Positions 24,886-33,630 of a stretch of DNA of 64,000 nt are shown here, piece after piece. Made by a program: the position numbers and the translations under genes. The notes under the pieces are model-generated. The model saw only the letters and a program-made list of their open reading frames with translations, was not told where the DNA came from and did no database searches. The stretch comes from an uncultured Bifidobacteriaceae bacterium (GTDB lineage: Bacteria > Actinomycetota > Acidimicrobiia > IMCC26256 > PALSA-555). Position 1 is the first letter of the stretch. Each line of letters opens with the position of its first letter. The DNA lies in contig CAZKTS010000288.1 in NCBI GenBank assembly GCA_964555735.1, positions 1,069 to 65,068 on the forward strand, read 5' to 3'.

Positions 24886-25677
24886 GTGGCCGTCTCCATC
24901 CTGATCAACCAGCCTGGTAGTGGGGCGCCGCCGGGCGTGGCCGGCCAGGCGCGCGAAGACCTCACGACTGGATTCCCGGTGCAGCTGACGGCGATGGGCG
25001 GGCCGTTTGCGGCCTACCAGTGGTCGATCGTCGACAAGCCGGTGGACATCGTGGCCGGGGTGCAGAGTGCGGCGGTGCTGAGCGCCCCGGCGGCGGCGGT
25101 GACGTTGTATCTGCCGGCGGATCTGGAGGGCACGTCGCTGGTGCAGGTGGTGGTCGATTCGGGGTCGGGGCTCGGGGCGCTACCGGACGACATCGCACGG
25201 ATCACGTTCTACTGCGGGCCCGGGCTCAATGCGTTGAACCCGGATCCGACGCGGCTGCCACGCCGTCGGATGGCATTCCGCGAGCAGACCGAGCACAACG
25301 TACCGGACGCGATTTTCCCGCTCGGGAACCCGCGCGGGTGGGCCGAGGAGTGGGAGCGGTGGTTCGCGGTGATCCAGGCGGCGGGCGCGACGTCATCGCA
25401 GGCGATGGGGCGCGTCGTGCTGCCGGCGGGTGGCCCGGCGTCGCTGCTGTCGAGCTATCAAGTGGCGGGCGTCAATCGCGTCGCGGTGGGGACCGTCGAC
25501 GTGACGTTCCCGGTGCCGCTGCCGAGCGCGAGTTACGCGGTGCTGCACGCGGCTCGCGGGGTGGACGGGCAGCTGTACGTCGACACGGAGACCGTGAACG
25601 GCTTTCGCATCTATCGGGCCGACTCGGCGGGCACGCTGATCGACGCCGACTTTTCGTTCTCTGTGGTGCTGGCGTGA
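24886..25677 (+). CDS. hypothetical baseplate-module protein (263 aa)
   Basis: The GTG start lies 7 nt after a GTGATAGGCT box. High GC3. Confidence 0.5.
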   Translation: MAVSILINQPGSGAPPGVAGQAREDLTTGFPVQLTAMGGPFAAYQWSIVDKPVDIVAGVQSAAVLSAPAAAVTLYLPADLEGTSLVQVVVDSGSGLGALPDDIARITFYCGPGLNALNPDPTRLPRRRMAFREQTEHNVPDAIFPLGNPRGWAEEWERWFAVIQAAGATSSQAMGRVVLPAGGPASLLSSYQVAGVNRVAVGTVDVTFPVPLPSASYAVLHAARGVDGQLYVDTETVNGFRIYRADSAGTLIDADFSFSVVLA

Positions 25678-26582
25678 GTGGGTGGGGCTCGGGCTACTGG
25701 GGCGCCGGGCCATGGGGCGCGGGTGGCATCGACGCGCTGCGCATGCTCGGCGCTGAGGCGGTGCGCGAGAACGTGGTCCGCGTGACGTTCAACGCTGCGC
25801 CGCTGTTCGATCGGCTGCTCGGGCCCAACGATGCTAGCGACCCGAAGCGGTTTCAGATCGTGGCGGACGTCTTGACGATCGGGCGCGACGGCGAGCCCGC
25901 GCGGCCGGTGTTGCCGGTGCTGGTTGAGGTGGCGCCGATCGAGCTGTCGTTCGGCGCGGTGCTCGATGTGACGACGGACCGGCCGCTCTCACCCTGGCCG
26001 ACGTACTACCGGATTTCGGCGACGCAGCTCGTGGTGGCGGCGACGGGCGGGCTACTCGACCCGGCGGCGAGCAGCCGCGAGTTCCAAGGGCTGTATCGGG
26101 AGCTGCGCGTGCCGACGACGGCGATCGCGACGCCGAGTCAGGACGTGGCGAGCCCGGCGGCCGGGTTCGACGTCGTGCCGGGGCTGCCGGCGCTGACGCC
26201 GAGTGATGAGGAGCTGCAGCTCGGGACGTACGTGCCGGGCGATGATGGCGACTACGCAACCGACTCGGGGATCGCACAGCTGCGCAAGCGGATCTTCCGG
26301 CGGTTTGTGACGGCGCCTGGTGCGTTCGCGCACTTGCCGGGATACGGGCTCGGGGTCCGGTCGTACGGCAAGCGGCTGGGGACGGCGGCGGTGCGTCAGC
26401 AGCTGGTCGCCACGGCGATGGCGCAGCTGCGCGAAGAGCCGGACGTGGTCGCGGTGAAGGTGCGCGCTGAGACGGACGCGCGAAACCCGAGCATCACGCG
26501 GTTCTTTGTCGACGTGAAAGCGGCGGCCGCGCCCGACTGGGTGACGTTCGACTACTCGTTTGGAGGGACTGGAAATGGCTGA
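25674..26582 (+). CDS. baseplate wedge protein with C-terminal gp25/GPW-like domain
   Basis: GTGA overlap. The C-terminus RKRIFRRFVTAPGAFAHLPGYGLGVRSY ... LREEPDVVAVKVRAE ... ITRFFVDV resembles GPW/gp25. Lies directly upstream of the J-like gene. Confidence 0.55.
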   Translation: MSGWGSGYWGAGPWGAGGIDALRMLGAEAVRENVVRVTFNAAPLFDRLLGPNDASDPKRFQIVADVLTIGRDGEPARPVLPVLVEVAPIELSFGAVLDVTTDRPLSPWPTYYRISATQLVVAATGGLLDPAASSREFQGLYRELRVPTTAIATPSQDVASPAAGFDVVPGLPALTPSDEELQLGTYVPGDDGDYATDSGIAQLRKRIFRRFVTAPGAFAHLPGYGLGVRSYGKRLGTAAVRQQLVATAMAQLREEPDVVAVKVRAETDARNPSITRFFVDVKAAAAPDWVTFDYSFGGTGNG

Positions 26583-27699
26583 CTTCCCGACGCGGCTGGA
26601 CTTGTACGCGATCGGCCGCGACTACGTCACGCAGCGGGCGCGCAAGATCGATCCGGTCCAGGTCGACATCTCCGGCAGCGACATCAATCTCTATGTGGGG
26701 ATCGCGAGCTACGTGGGCAGCGCGGTGGTGCTCGCGCTCGTGCAATCGATCAATTCGCTGCTCTTGAACGGCGCCTACCGCGAAGACCTCGATCGGTACG
26801 CGCTCGATCGCTACTCGAACCAGGTGCCGCGCAAGGGCGCCGCGGCAGCGCGCGGCTTCGTGACGATCGCACGGCCGACGGCGGCGGCCGGTGCTGGATC
26901 GATCCCGCTCGGGACGCGGCTGCTGACGCTCTCGGGCGTGGAGTACACTACGGTCGCGGACGTCAGCATGGGGGGCGCACAGCTCACGCTGACGAATGTG
27001 CCGGTCCGCGCCGCGCAGGCGGGCAAGTCGAGCCAGACGGGCGCAAACACGATCCGACTCTTCGGCGACCTCGGCGCGCTGTGGGACCAGACGCTGACGG
27101 TGACCAACCCCGAGCGCACGGCGAACGGCGAGGACGCCGAGGAGGACGACGTCTACCGCGAGCGGATCCGTGCCTACTGGGGCGCGGCGCAGCGCGGGAC
27201 GCTCGCGGCGATCGAGTTCGGCGCGCGCAAGGTGCCTGGCATCACGAGCGCGCTGGCCGAGGAGGTGATCGATCCGACCGATCCCAACAAGCCCGCGCGC
27301 GTGGTGAATCTCTACATCGCCGACTCATCCGGCGTGGCGTCGGCGGCGATCGCGGCGGAGGTGCTGGCCGAGCTGCGCGAGTGGCGCGCTGGGGGGATCG
27401 CGGTGATCGTCAACACCAGCGTTCCGGTGATCGTCGACGTGCAGCTGCATCTGACGTTCGCGGCCGCGGTCGACACGACGTCCTTGACGGGGACGATTCG
27501 CGCGGCCGTCGCGGACTACATCAACAACCTGGGCGTGGGGCAGACGCTCTATCGCGCGGCGATTTACTCGGTGCTGCAGCGCTACACGCAGAACGGGCTG
27601 ATCGTAAACACGGCCAGCGTGGTGAGCCCGGCGGGCGACGTCGTGCCGGAGATCGGGCAGGCGTTGCGCACGCGATATGAAAACGTGGTGGTGGTCTGA
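26575..27699 (+). CDS. baseplate J-like protein (P2 gpJ / Mu gp47)
   Basis: SGSDINLYVGIASYVGSAVV ... REDLDRYALDRY..VPRKGAAAARGFVTI is a Baseplate_J-type pattern. ATGGCTGA overlap. Confidence 0.75.
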   Translation: MADFPTRLDLYAIGRDYVTQRARKIDPVQVDISGSDINLYVGIASYVGSAVVLALVQSINSLLLNGAYREDLDRYALDRYSNQVPRKGAAAARGFVTIARPTAAAGAGSIPLGTRLLTLSGVEYTTVADVSMGGAQLTLTNVPVRAAQAGKSSQTGANTIRLFGDLGALWDQTLTVTNPERTANGEDAEEDDVYRERIRAYWGAAQRGTLAAIEFGARKVPGITSALAEEVIDPTDPNKPARVVNLYIADSSGVASAAIAAEVLAELREWRAGGIAVIVNTSVPVIVDVQLHLTFAAAVDTTSLTGTIRAAVADYINNLGVGQTLYRAAIYSVLQRYTQNGLIVNTASVVSPAGDVVPEIGQALRTRYENVVVV

Positions 27700-29552
27700 T
27701 GCCGGCGCGCGGCGCGTTGACGCGCGACGAGCTGTTCCAGGTGTTGCGGTCGGTCGTCGACCCTGAGTACATCGAGCCCTTCCTGCTGCGCGGGTACGAT
27801 TCGGGGCTCGAATCGCTGGAGATGCTCTGCGAGGTGCTCGCGCGTGTATCGCAGTCGATCGACCGCTCGACGCAGCGGCTCTACATCGAGCCATGGAGCG
27901 GACAATCGGATGGGCCGGCGGTGGGCGCGGCGCTGGCTCGGATCACGCTGCGGCTGCAGCGATCGGCGCGCTTGAATTTCCCGCTCACGATCACGGCGGG
28001 CGAAGTGATCTTCGAGGAGATCGCAACGGAGGCGGGGGCGACGGGTGGCGTGCCGGTCGCGACGGGGCGCCGGTACACGATCGAGCACGACGTGACGTTC
28101 TTGCCCGGCGAGCCGGGGCCGATCGACGTGCCGGCGATCGCGCTGCGCCCGGGGTACACCGCGGGGCGCGTGCTGCCGGGGACGGTGACGGGCATCCTGC
28201 AGCCTGGGGCGGGGCTCTCGAATGCGGGCGCGAGCGTGGTGCAATCGCCGCCGGCGTCGCTGCTCGTGCTGGCGCCGCAGCCGGACGTCATCGCGCCGCA
28301 GCAAGTCGGGCAGATCGTGGAGCTGGTCGGCGGCGCGAGCGCGGGGCAGCAGCGGCGCGTGAGTGCATACGAGCGGGCGACGCTGGGCGCCGGCGGTAGC
28401 GTGCAGCTGGCGCCGGAGGTGGTCGTGCGCGCGGTGGCGACGGCGCCGGTCGGGACGTTCGAGCCGGGCGAGACGGTGCGCCAGGTCGACACGGCGCTAC
28501 CGGCGCCGGGGGTCATCGCCTCGGGCGTCGTTCTGGCCGCCACGTCACCCGCAGCCGGGCCGCCGTGGTGGCTGGTGGTGCTGCAGCAGACCGGCGCCTT
28601 CCAGCCGACGGCGGGCACGGTGGGGCCGCTGACGGGCGTGCTGTCCGGCGCCACGTTCGCGCTCGAAGACATCTCGCAGGGGCCGACCCTGGCGAGTGAG
28701 GTGCGGTCGGCGGTGTGGCGCGTGCTGACGTGGGGTGATGACCTCGGGCTGACGGTCACGAACGTCGGCGAGGGGTTGCCAGGCGAGCTGGCGACGCTCG
28801 ATGAGCTGGGGGCGGAGCGCGGCGTGTACCGGGCGCCGGGCGAGACTGACGAGAGCTACCGCGAGCGGGTCTATCACCCGGCGGACGTGGTCAGCCCGGA
28901 TGCACTGCTGCGCACGGCGAACCGCATCCTGGCGCCGATCGGCCTGCAGGCGTGCTTGCGCGAGGTGGGGCAAGCGAAGTTCCGCGGGCTGTTCGCCGAC
29001 GGCGACCCGCTGAGCACCGATCGAGCGGTGGCGTTCGCGTATGACATGGACGGCGTCCGATTCACGGGGCCGCAGGTGGGATTCTTCATCGAGGGCGAGG
29101 TGGTCACGCAGCAAGCGGGGCCGGGTGCGCCGATCGCTCGCGGGCGCGCGAGCGTGGTCCCGGCGGGCGTGCTGGTGGGCGTCTCGCGAGTTGAAGGGCA
29201 GTTCGTGCCTGGCTTCAACGCAGTCGGGTCGGTGAGTGGCGCGCTGGTGGTGGTGGCCAGCGCGGTGGGCGGGCCGAGCCCGCTCGACCGCTGGCGGGTG
29301 GTGCTCGATTACGAGCGATTCCGCGCGTACTTCGAGATCGGTGTGCCGCGGGTGCAGCTCGGCGACTTCGGCGTGCCGTTCGATCAGCACCCGCACAACG
29401 CATTCGACGCGGCGCCCTATCTGGCCGGGTTCGACGGGTTCCCGGTGACGGGCGCGGTGTTGATGCGGTCGATCTGGCAGGCGATCGACCGCGCGCGCGC
29501 GGGCGGTGTCGGGTTCGACCTGTACGTGGAGACGACGGGCTGTCTCGGGTGA
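27699..29552 (+). CDS. baseplate/fibre-adaptor protein (617 aa), function by position only
   Basis: Coupled to the J-like gene and precedes the fibre genes. Confidence 0.4.
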   Translation: MPARGALTRDELFQVLRSVVDPEYIEPFLLRGYDSGLESLEMLCEVLARVSQSIDRSTQRLYIEPWSGQSDGPAVGAALARITLRLQRSARLNFPLTITAGEVIFEEIATEAGATGGVPVATGRRYTIEHDVTFLPGEPGPIDVPAIALRPGYTAGRVLPGTVTGILQPGAGLSNAGASVVQSPPASLLVLAPQPDVIAPQQVGQIVELVGGASAGQQRRVSAYERATLGAGGSVQLAPEVVVRAVATAPVGTFEPGETVRQVDTALPAPGVIASGVVLAATSPAAGPPWWLVVLQQTGAFQPTAGTVGPLTGVLSGATFALEDISQGPTLASEVRSAVWRVLTWGDDLGLTVTNVGEGLPGELATLDELGAERGVYRAPGETDESYRERVYHPADVVSPDALLRTANRILAPIGLQACLREVGQAKFRGLFADGDPLSTDRAVAFAYDMDGVRFTGPQVGFFIEGEVVTQQAGPGAPIARGRASVVPAGVLVGVSRVEGQFVPGFNAVGSVSGALVVVASAVGGPSPLDRWRVVLDYERFRAYFEIGVPRVQLGDFGVPFDQHPHNAFDAAPYLAGFDGFPVTGAVLMRSIWQAIDRARAGGVGFDLYVETTGCLG

Positions 29553-29558
29553 TAGGCT
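29549..29558 (+). promoter_or_regulatory. class-L box GTGATAGGCT, 6 nt before ATG 29565 (fibre A)
   Basis: ggGTGATAGGCTcggccgATG. Its TGA is the stop codon of the upstream gene. Confidence 0.55.
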
Positions 29559-29564
29559 CGGCCG

Positions 29565-30470
29565 ATGGCACGGTTTGGGCTGCTGAATACGGTCACGGTG
29601 ACGCCGGGCGTGACGCTGGCGCCCGGTGCGGTGGTTGATGACCCCAAGCTGGTGCAGGCGGCGAGCGCGGCGGGTGGCGTGCTCGTGTCGGTCGACACGC
29701 CTACGGGCGCTGACGCGGTCGAGGTCGCGCGGCGATTCGCCGATCGCGGCGATAGCCTCGGCGGCAGCATGGCCGGGATCGGGCGCCTGGCGGTGGCCGG
29801 CGGTGGCGGTGGTGGTGGCATCTTCAGCCTGGCGCGTGTCGACTGCTCGGTGAACGCGGCCTACGTCGAGGCGCCGTACAGCGCGAGCCCGGTGCTGCAC
29901 ACTCGCGCGGGCGGCAACGCGGTCGGCGGCTACAACGGCACCGGGGTCGGCAACAAGTGCATCCTCGGATTTGCGGCGGGCGTGGGCACGGCGATCGGCG
30001 CATGGACGGGGCTGCGGTGGACGTGGCTGGACTTGGCGCCGGCGACGCCGGGTATCGGGTGCTACTCGAACCAGATCGTCAATCTGGGCGGTGGGACGAT
30101 CAAGGTGTTCGTGGTCGACCCGGGCGCCAACCCGGCGCTGAATAACGGCGTGACGGTGATCAACGGCGATGGGAGTCGAACCACGACGTTCGATCCGGCC
30201 GTGCACTTCGTGACGGTGGTGAATGACGTGGTGGGCGTGGTGCCGGCGGTGGACCTCGGCGGCAGCTGGACGGCGCGCAGCTACCGCGTGAGCGACATCC
30301 TGGCGGTCTACCCGGGGGCGGTGTTCGCGAACGTGGCCAGCGGAGACGGTGGGATGCCGGCGACGCCGGTGGCGACTCCGCCCGTGCTGATCGTGACCGG
30401 CGACAGCACAAATAACCGGGTGCGCGCGTTCCGCCTGTCGGCGGTCGAGTTCAACGGCGCGGCGGTGTGA
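29565..30470 (+). CDS. tail fibre/spike A (301 aa): shared N-terminal module + poly-Gly linker + distinct C-terminal domain
   Basis: About 85 N-terminal residues are paralogous to the protein at 33631, followed by a GGGGGGG linker. ATG lies 6 nt after GTGATAGGCT. Confidence 0.55.
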   Translation: MARFGLLNTVTVTPGVTLAPGAVVDDPKLVQAASAAGGVLVSVDTPTGADAVEVARRFADRGDSLGGSMAGIGRLAVAGGGGGGGIFSLARVDCSVNAAYVEAPYSASPVLHTRAGGNAVGGYNGTGVGNKCILGFAAGVGTAIGAWTGLRWTWLDLAPATPGIGCYSNQIVNLGGGTIKVFVVDPGANPALNNGVTVINGDGSRTTTFDPAVHFVTVVNDVVGVVPAVDLGGSWTARSYRVSDILAVYPGAVFANVASGDGGMPATPVATPPVLIVTGDSTNNRVRAFRLSAVEFNGAAV

Positions 30471-30477
30471 TCGGCGT

Positions 30478-30487
30478 GTGATAGGCT
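30478..30487 (+). promoter_or_regulatory. class-L box GTGATAGGCT, 7 nt before ATG 30495
   Basis: gtGTGATAGGCTcggtcgcATG. Confidence 0.55.
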
Positions 30488-30494
30488 CGGTCGC

Positions 30495-32120
30495 ATGTCA
30501 TCCGGTGGCAAGCGGCTGGTCCTGAATTTCGAGGAGCGCATCATCTCGCCCGATGCGAATCGGGCGCAGGCGTTCCAGTCGGCGCAGATCGCGGAAAGTG
30601 CGCGGCAGCTGTTCTCGCCATCAGAGAACGTCGACGTCTTCTCAGCGCAGCCGACGCCGGCGACGGTGACGGCTCCGGCTGGTGGTGCGGTGCTCAACGG
30701 GCTGATGGTCGTAGCACCGCTCGGGTCGCTGGAGCTGGCGGTGACCTCGGGCATGGCGCTCCTGATCGATCCCGACGGGCAGCCGGGCTCGACGGTGTTG
30801 ACGCCGGCCAACCCGGACGACTCGATCGGCAAGCTGTGCTACGACGCCGTCGGCGTGCTCGCGGGCAGCGGCGTGCTCGTGTTCATCCCGAATGGCTCGG
30901 GGCTCGTGCGCGTCGACGTGGTCGAGATCCAGCGCGACCCGGGGGCGGTGCTGGAGATCGACAATCGCGACATCTTCAACCCCGGGACCGGGCTCTTCAC
31001 GCCGGCGACGGTCGACAAGGTCGCGGCGGACGGGGTCGTGTACCGGATCCGTGCGGGTGTGCCCGGCGGTGGCGTGCCGGCGTCGGTGCTCGGGTGGATG
31101 CCGATCGCGGTGGTCAGCGTGCCAAGCGGTGCGGCCAATTTCGACGCCTGCACGCTGTACGACGTGCGACCGCTCGTGAGTGACCGAGGGCCCGGGTCGG
31201 GCGCGCTGCTTGGTGGGCCGCTGACGTCGCGGACGCGCGTGGGCGACTTCTACGTCGATCCGACGACTACGCCGGGCGCGCTGATCATGAGCGGCTGGGT
31301 CGATGGGCTCGCGCAAGGTGCGCGCGCGGGCGGCGTCTTCGGCGGGTTCAACCTGCGCGATGTGGCGAACCAAGAGCCTGGGTTCGCAGTCGTGGCGAGT
31401 ACGCTGGTCGCGGTGTGGCTGCTGTTTCCCGGCGGCCTGCCGCGGTGGGTGCGGTACTCGACGGTCGCCTCGCCGCCGTTCGGCGGCCGCGTGCCCAACG
31501 GGCCGCGCGGGATCATGGTGCTCTCTTCGACGCTGCCGCTCTCCACGGCGCCGCTGCCGAGCGCGCCGGTCAACCCGCCGCCTGCGAGTGGGCTGGTCGG
31601 GTCGCTGACATCGGAGGCGCTGCTGGTCGGCGTGCTCGCCAATTCGTCGACGCCGGGGGTCGCCGGGTGCGTGGCGAAGTGCGTGGACGGGCGCACGACG
31701 TTCGGGCAGGCGCCGGGCGTGGGGATCCCGGTGCTGCTGCCGGTAGTCACGCCGGCGGCGTTCTCGGCGGCAGTGGCGCTGCAGTACGGGCTGACGGTGC
31801 CAGCGGGGGTCCGCGCGGTGCTGCTGAACGCGACGTGCGACATGACTGGAGTACCCGCGACGCCGTTCAACTACCAGCCGAGCATGGGCAGTCAGCGCTT
31901 CCCAGTCGGGAACGAGATTTTCGTCGGCGAGGCGAACACTATCGCGGCGCAGACCGACGGCGCCGGCGTCGTACAGCTCGGCCAGACGCGGTGGGTCGAT
32001 CTGATGGTCGACCGCTCGAACATCCAGCCCGTGCTTCAGGTCGCCAACGTAAACTGGCTGCAGGCGGCCGGCGTCATCAAGAGCGCCGATGCCGCGGCGG
32101 TGCTCGGGTGGGAAGTGTGA
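30495..32120 (+). CDS. tail fibre-module structural protein (541 aa)
   Basis: Position only. ATG lies 7 nt after GTGATAGGCT. Confidence 0.45.
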   Translation: MSSGGKRLVLNFEERIISPDANRAQAFQSAQIAESARQLFSPSENVDVFSAQPTPATVTAPAGGAVLNGLMVVAPLGSLELAVTSGMALLIDPDGQPGSTVLTPANPDDSIGKLCYDAVGVLAGSGVLVFIPNGSGLVRVDVVEIQRDPGAVLEIDNRDIFNPGTGLFTPATVDKVAADGVVYRIRAGVPGGGVPASVLGWMPIAVVSVPSGAANFDACTLYDVRPLVSDRGPGSGALLGGPLTSRTRVGDFYVDPTTTPGALIMSGWVDGLAQGARAGGVFGGFNLRDVANQEPGFAVVASTLVAVWLLFPGGLPRWVRYSTVASPPFGGRVPNGPRGIMVLSSTLPLSTAPLPSAPVNPPPASGLVGSLTSEALLVGVLANSSTPGVAGCVAKCVDGRTTFGQAPGVGIPVLLPVVTPAAFSAAVALQYGLTVPAGVRAVLLNATCDMTGVPATPFNYQPSMGSQRFPVGNEIFVGEANTIAAQTDGAGVVQLGQTRWVDLMVDRSNIQPVLQVANVNWLQAAGVIKSADAAAVLGWEV

Positions 32121-32503
32121 CCACGCCGAGCGATGCGCTGCTCGCGGCGCGCGATCTGTCGCGCATCGCGCTTGCATCGGCCACGACCTTGCAAGACCCG
32201 GTGTCTCGCACCCTGGACGACTTGGCGCGCCGCGCAGGCACGACCCGCGCGCTGGTGGCGACCGCGTGCGGCGTCGACCCTCTGCTGTTCGAGCGCGTCG
32301 ATCAGGGGCGGCAGCCGATGCCGCTATCGGTGGTGGTGTCGATCGCGTCGTTGCTGCGGATCCCGATGTGGATGGCGCGCGCGGCGTGCCGGTCGTGGAC
32401 CGACCAGATCGACGCGCGGCTGCGCAACCCGAAGCCGCCGCGCCCCATTCTCGGGGATTCGTTGCCGGCGGTGTCCATCGTGGCGACGGTGCCGCAGCCT
32501 TGA
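32117..32503 (+). CDS. XRE-family helix-turn-helix protein (128 aa)
   Basis: GTGA overlap. RTLDDLARRAGTTRALVATACGVDPLLFERVDQGRQPMPLSVVVSIASLLRIP fits the Cro/C1-type HTH pattern. Confidence 0.6.
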   Translation: MTTPSDALLAARDLSRIALASATTLQDPVSRTLDDLARRAGTTRALVATACGVDPLLFERVDQGRQPMPLSVVVSIASLLRIPMWMARAACRSWTDQIDARLRNPKPPRPILGDSLPAVSIVATVPQP

Positions 32504-32513
32504 CGGGACCACG

Positions 32514-32840
32514 ATGGAGGCGCGCGCTGTAGAGCTGCTCGGGTCGCTGGGGTTGCCAGGGCTGGTCATCGGCGGCCTGTGGCTGTACGCGCGGCAGCTG
32601 CACCTCCGCAACGAGCAGATCATGGATCTGCGGCTGCGTGAGGCGCAGGACTATGCCTCGGTGCTGCGGGCTATCGACGAGACGCGCGTGCGTGAGGAGC
32701 GCGAGCGTGGAGATCGGATCTTGGCGGTGCAGCGCGAGGTGCACGCCACGATCAAGCAGCTGACGATGTTGGTGGAGCGCGAAGAGCGCCGCGACGATCG
32801 CCTAGACCGCCGCGGGTCATGGAGACAGGACGATGAATAA
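32514..32840 (+). CDS. N-terminal TM + charged coiled-coil protein (holin/BhlA-like or i-spanin-like architecture)
   Basis: LLGSLGLPGLVIGGLWLYA is a TM segment, followed by REAQDY...REERERGDRILAVQREVHATIKQL. Confidence 0.5.
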   Translation: MEARAVELLGSLGLPGLVIGGLWLYARQLHLRNEQIMDLRLREAQDYASVLRAIDETRVREERERGDRILAVQREVHATIKQLTMLVEREERRDDRLDRRGSWRQDDE

Positions 32841-33030
32841 CCAACGCACGATCGCGGACGTGGCGCGTGAGATGGAGATCGAAGAGGAGTCGGCGCGGCT
32901 CGAAGCGCGCGCGCGTGCACTGGTGGCGCGTGCCGCGGCGCTCCTCGACGGGCAGGCGCGGCGTCAATCCGGCCAGCATCGGCTCGATCTACCGCCGGAA
33001 ATGATGGCGCTTCGCAAGCCATCGGCCTGA
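32833..33030 (+). CDS. hypothetical small helical protein (65 aa)
   Basis: Overlaps the upstream stop. High GC3. Confidence 0.4.
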   Translation: MNNQRTIADVAREMEIEEESARLEARARALVARAAALLDGQARRQSGQHRLDLPPEMMALRKPSA

Positions 33031-33040
33031 GTGATAGCGT
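33031..33040 (+). promoter_or_regulatory. class-L box GTGATAGCGT, 8 nt before ATG 33049
   Basis: gaGTGATAGCGTttcgggccATG. Confidence 0.5.
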
Positions 33041-33048
33041 TTCGGGCC

Positions 33049-33282
33049 ATGGCAAGTGTGTTCATGGCTCTCGCGCAGTCGCGCAAGGCGTGGGTGGTGC
33101 TGGCCGCGGTGGTCGGCGTGATCGTGATGAATGTCACGGGGCGCGTGCCGGGCGAACGCGCGCTGGACTTCATCAAGTGGATCGTGATGACGTGGCTCGG
33201 CGCGCAGGCGGCCGAGGACGCCGCGGGCAAGCTGCTCGTTCCACCCAAGAGTGGCGGCGATGAGACTGGCGGTGTCGAGTGA
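33049..33282 (+). CDS. two-TM small membrane protein (class II holin-like)
   Basis: ATG 33049 lies 8 nt after GTGATAGCGT. Hydrophobic segments AWVVLAAVVGVIVMNV and FIKWIVMTWLGAQAA, with a charged C-terminus. Confidence 0.5.
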   Translation: MASVFMALAQSRKAWVVLAAVVGVIVMNVTGRVPGERALDFIKWIVMTWLGAQAAEDAAGKLLVPPKSGGDETGGVE

Positions 33283-33626
33283 GCCGCGCGATTCACATCG
33301 TGACGGCGGGCGGCGCGGTTCTGCCGGTCGACACGTCGCCAGTGTCGGTCGAGCCGCCGCGTGAGCGCGTGTTCCCGTTCGTGCGGTCGCCGACGGGTGC
33401 CGATGCGCTCTGGCTGGGTGCGATCGGCGGGTCGTGCACCGTGGAGCTGTGGGCCAAGGACGGCGCGGACTGGTTCGCGGCGACTGCGGTGCCGGTGGTC
33501 GTGCCGGCGAACCGGCTCGCGCTCGGGTTCGCCGGGCTGATCGTGCCGCAGGAGCTGCTGTACTTCGTCCAGATCACGGCGAACGCGGGAGCCACGCAGC
33601 TCCGCGTCGGAACGATCTACAGGTGA
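33279..33626 (+). CDS. hypothetical protein (115 aa)
   Basis: GTGA overlap. High GC3. Confidence 0.5.
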   Translation: MSRAIHIVTAGGAVLPVDTSPVSVEPPRERVFPFVRSPTGADALWLGAIGGSCTVELWAKDGADWFAATAVPVVVPANRLALGFAGLIVPQELLYFVQITANAGATQLRVGTIYR

Positions 33627-33630
33627 CCCC

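Noticed and set aside
24710-24904. A 64-aa + strand ORF spanning repeat copy B (encodes ...GAPKSAPTGRPRGLPG...).
   Set aside because: It has no RBS or coupling, it covers the intergenic repeat and the class-L box, and the downstream gene has a better start at GTG 24886. The peptide similarity to the polymerase tail reflects the shared DNA repeat, not a gene.
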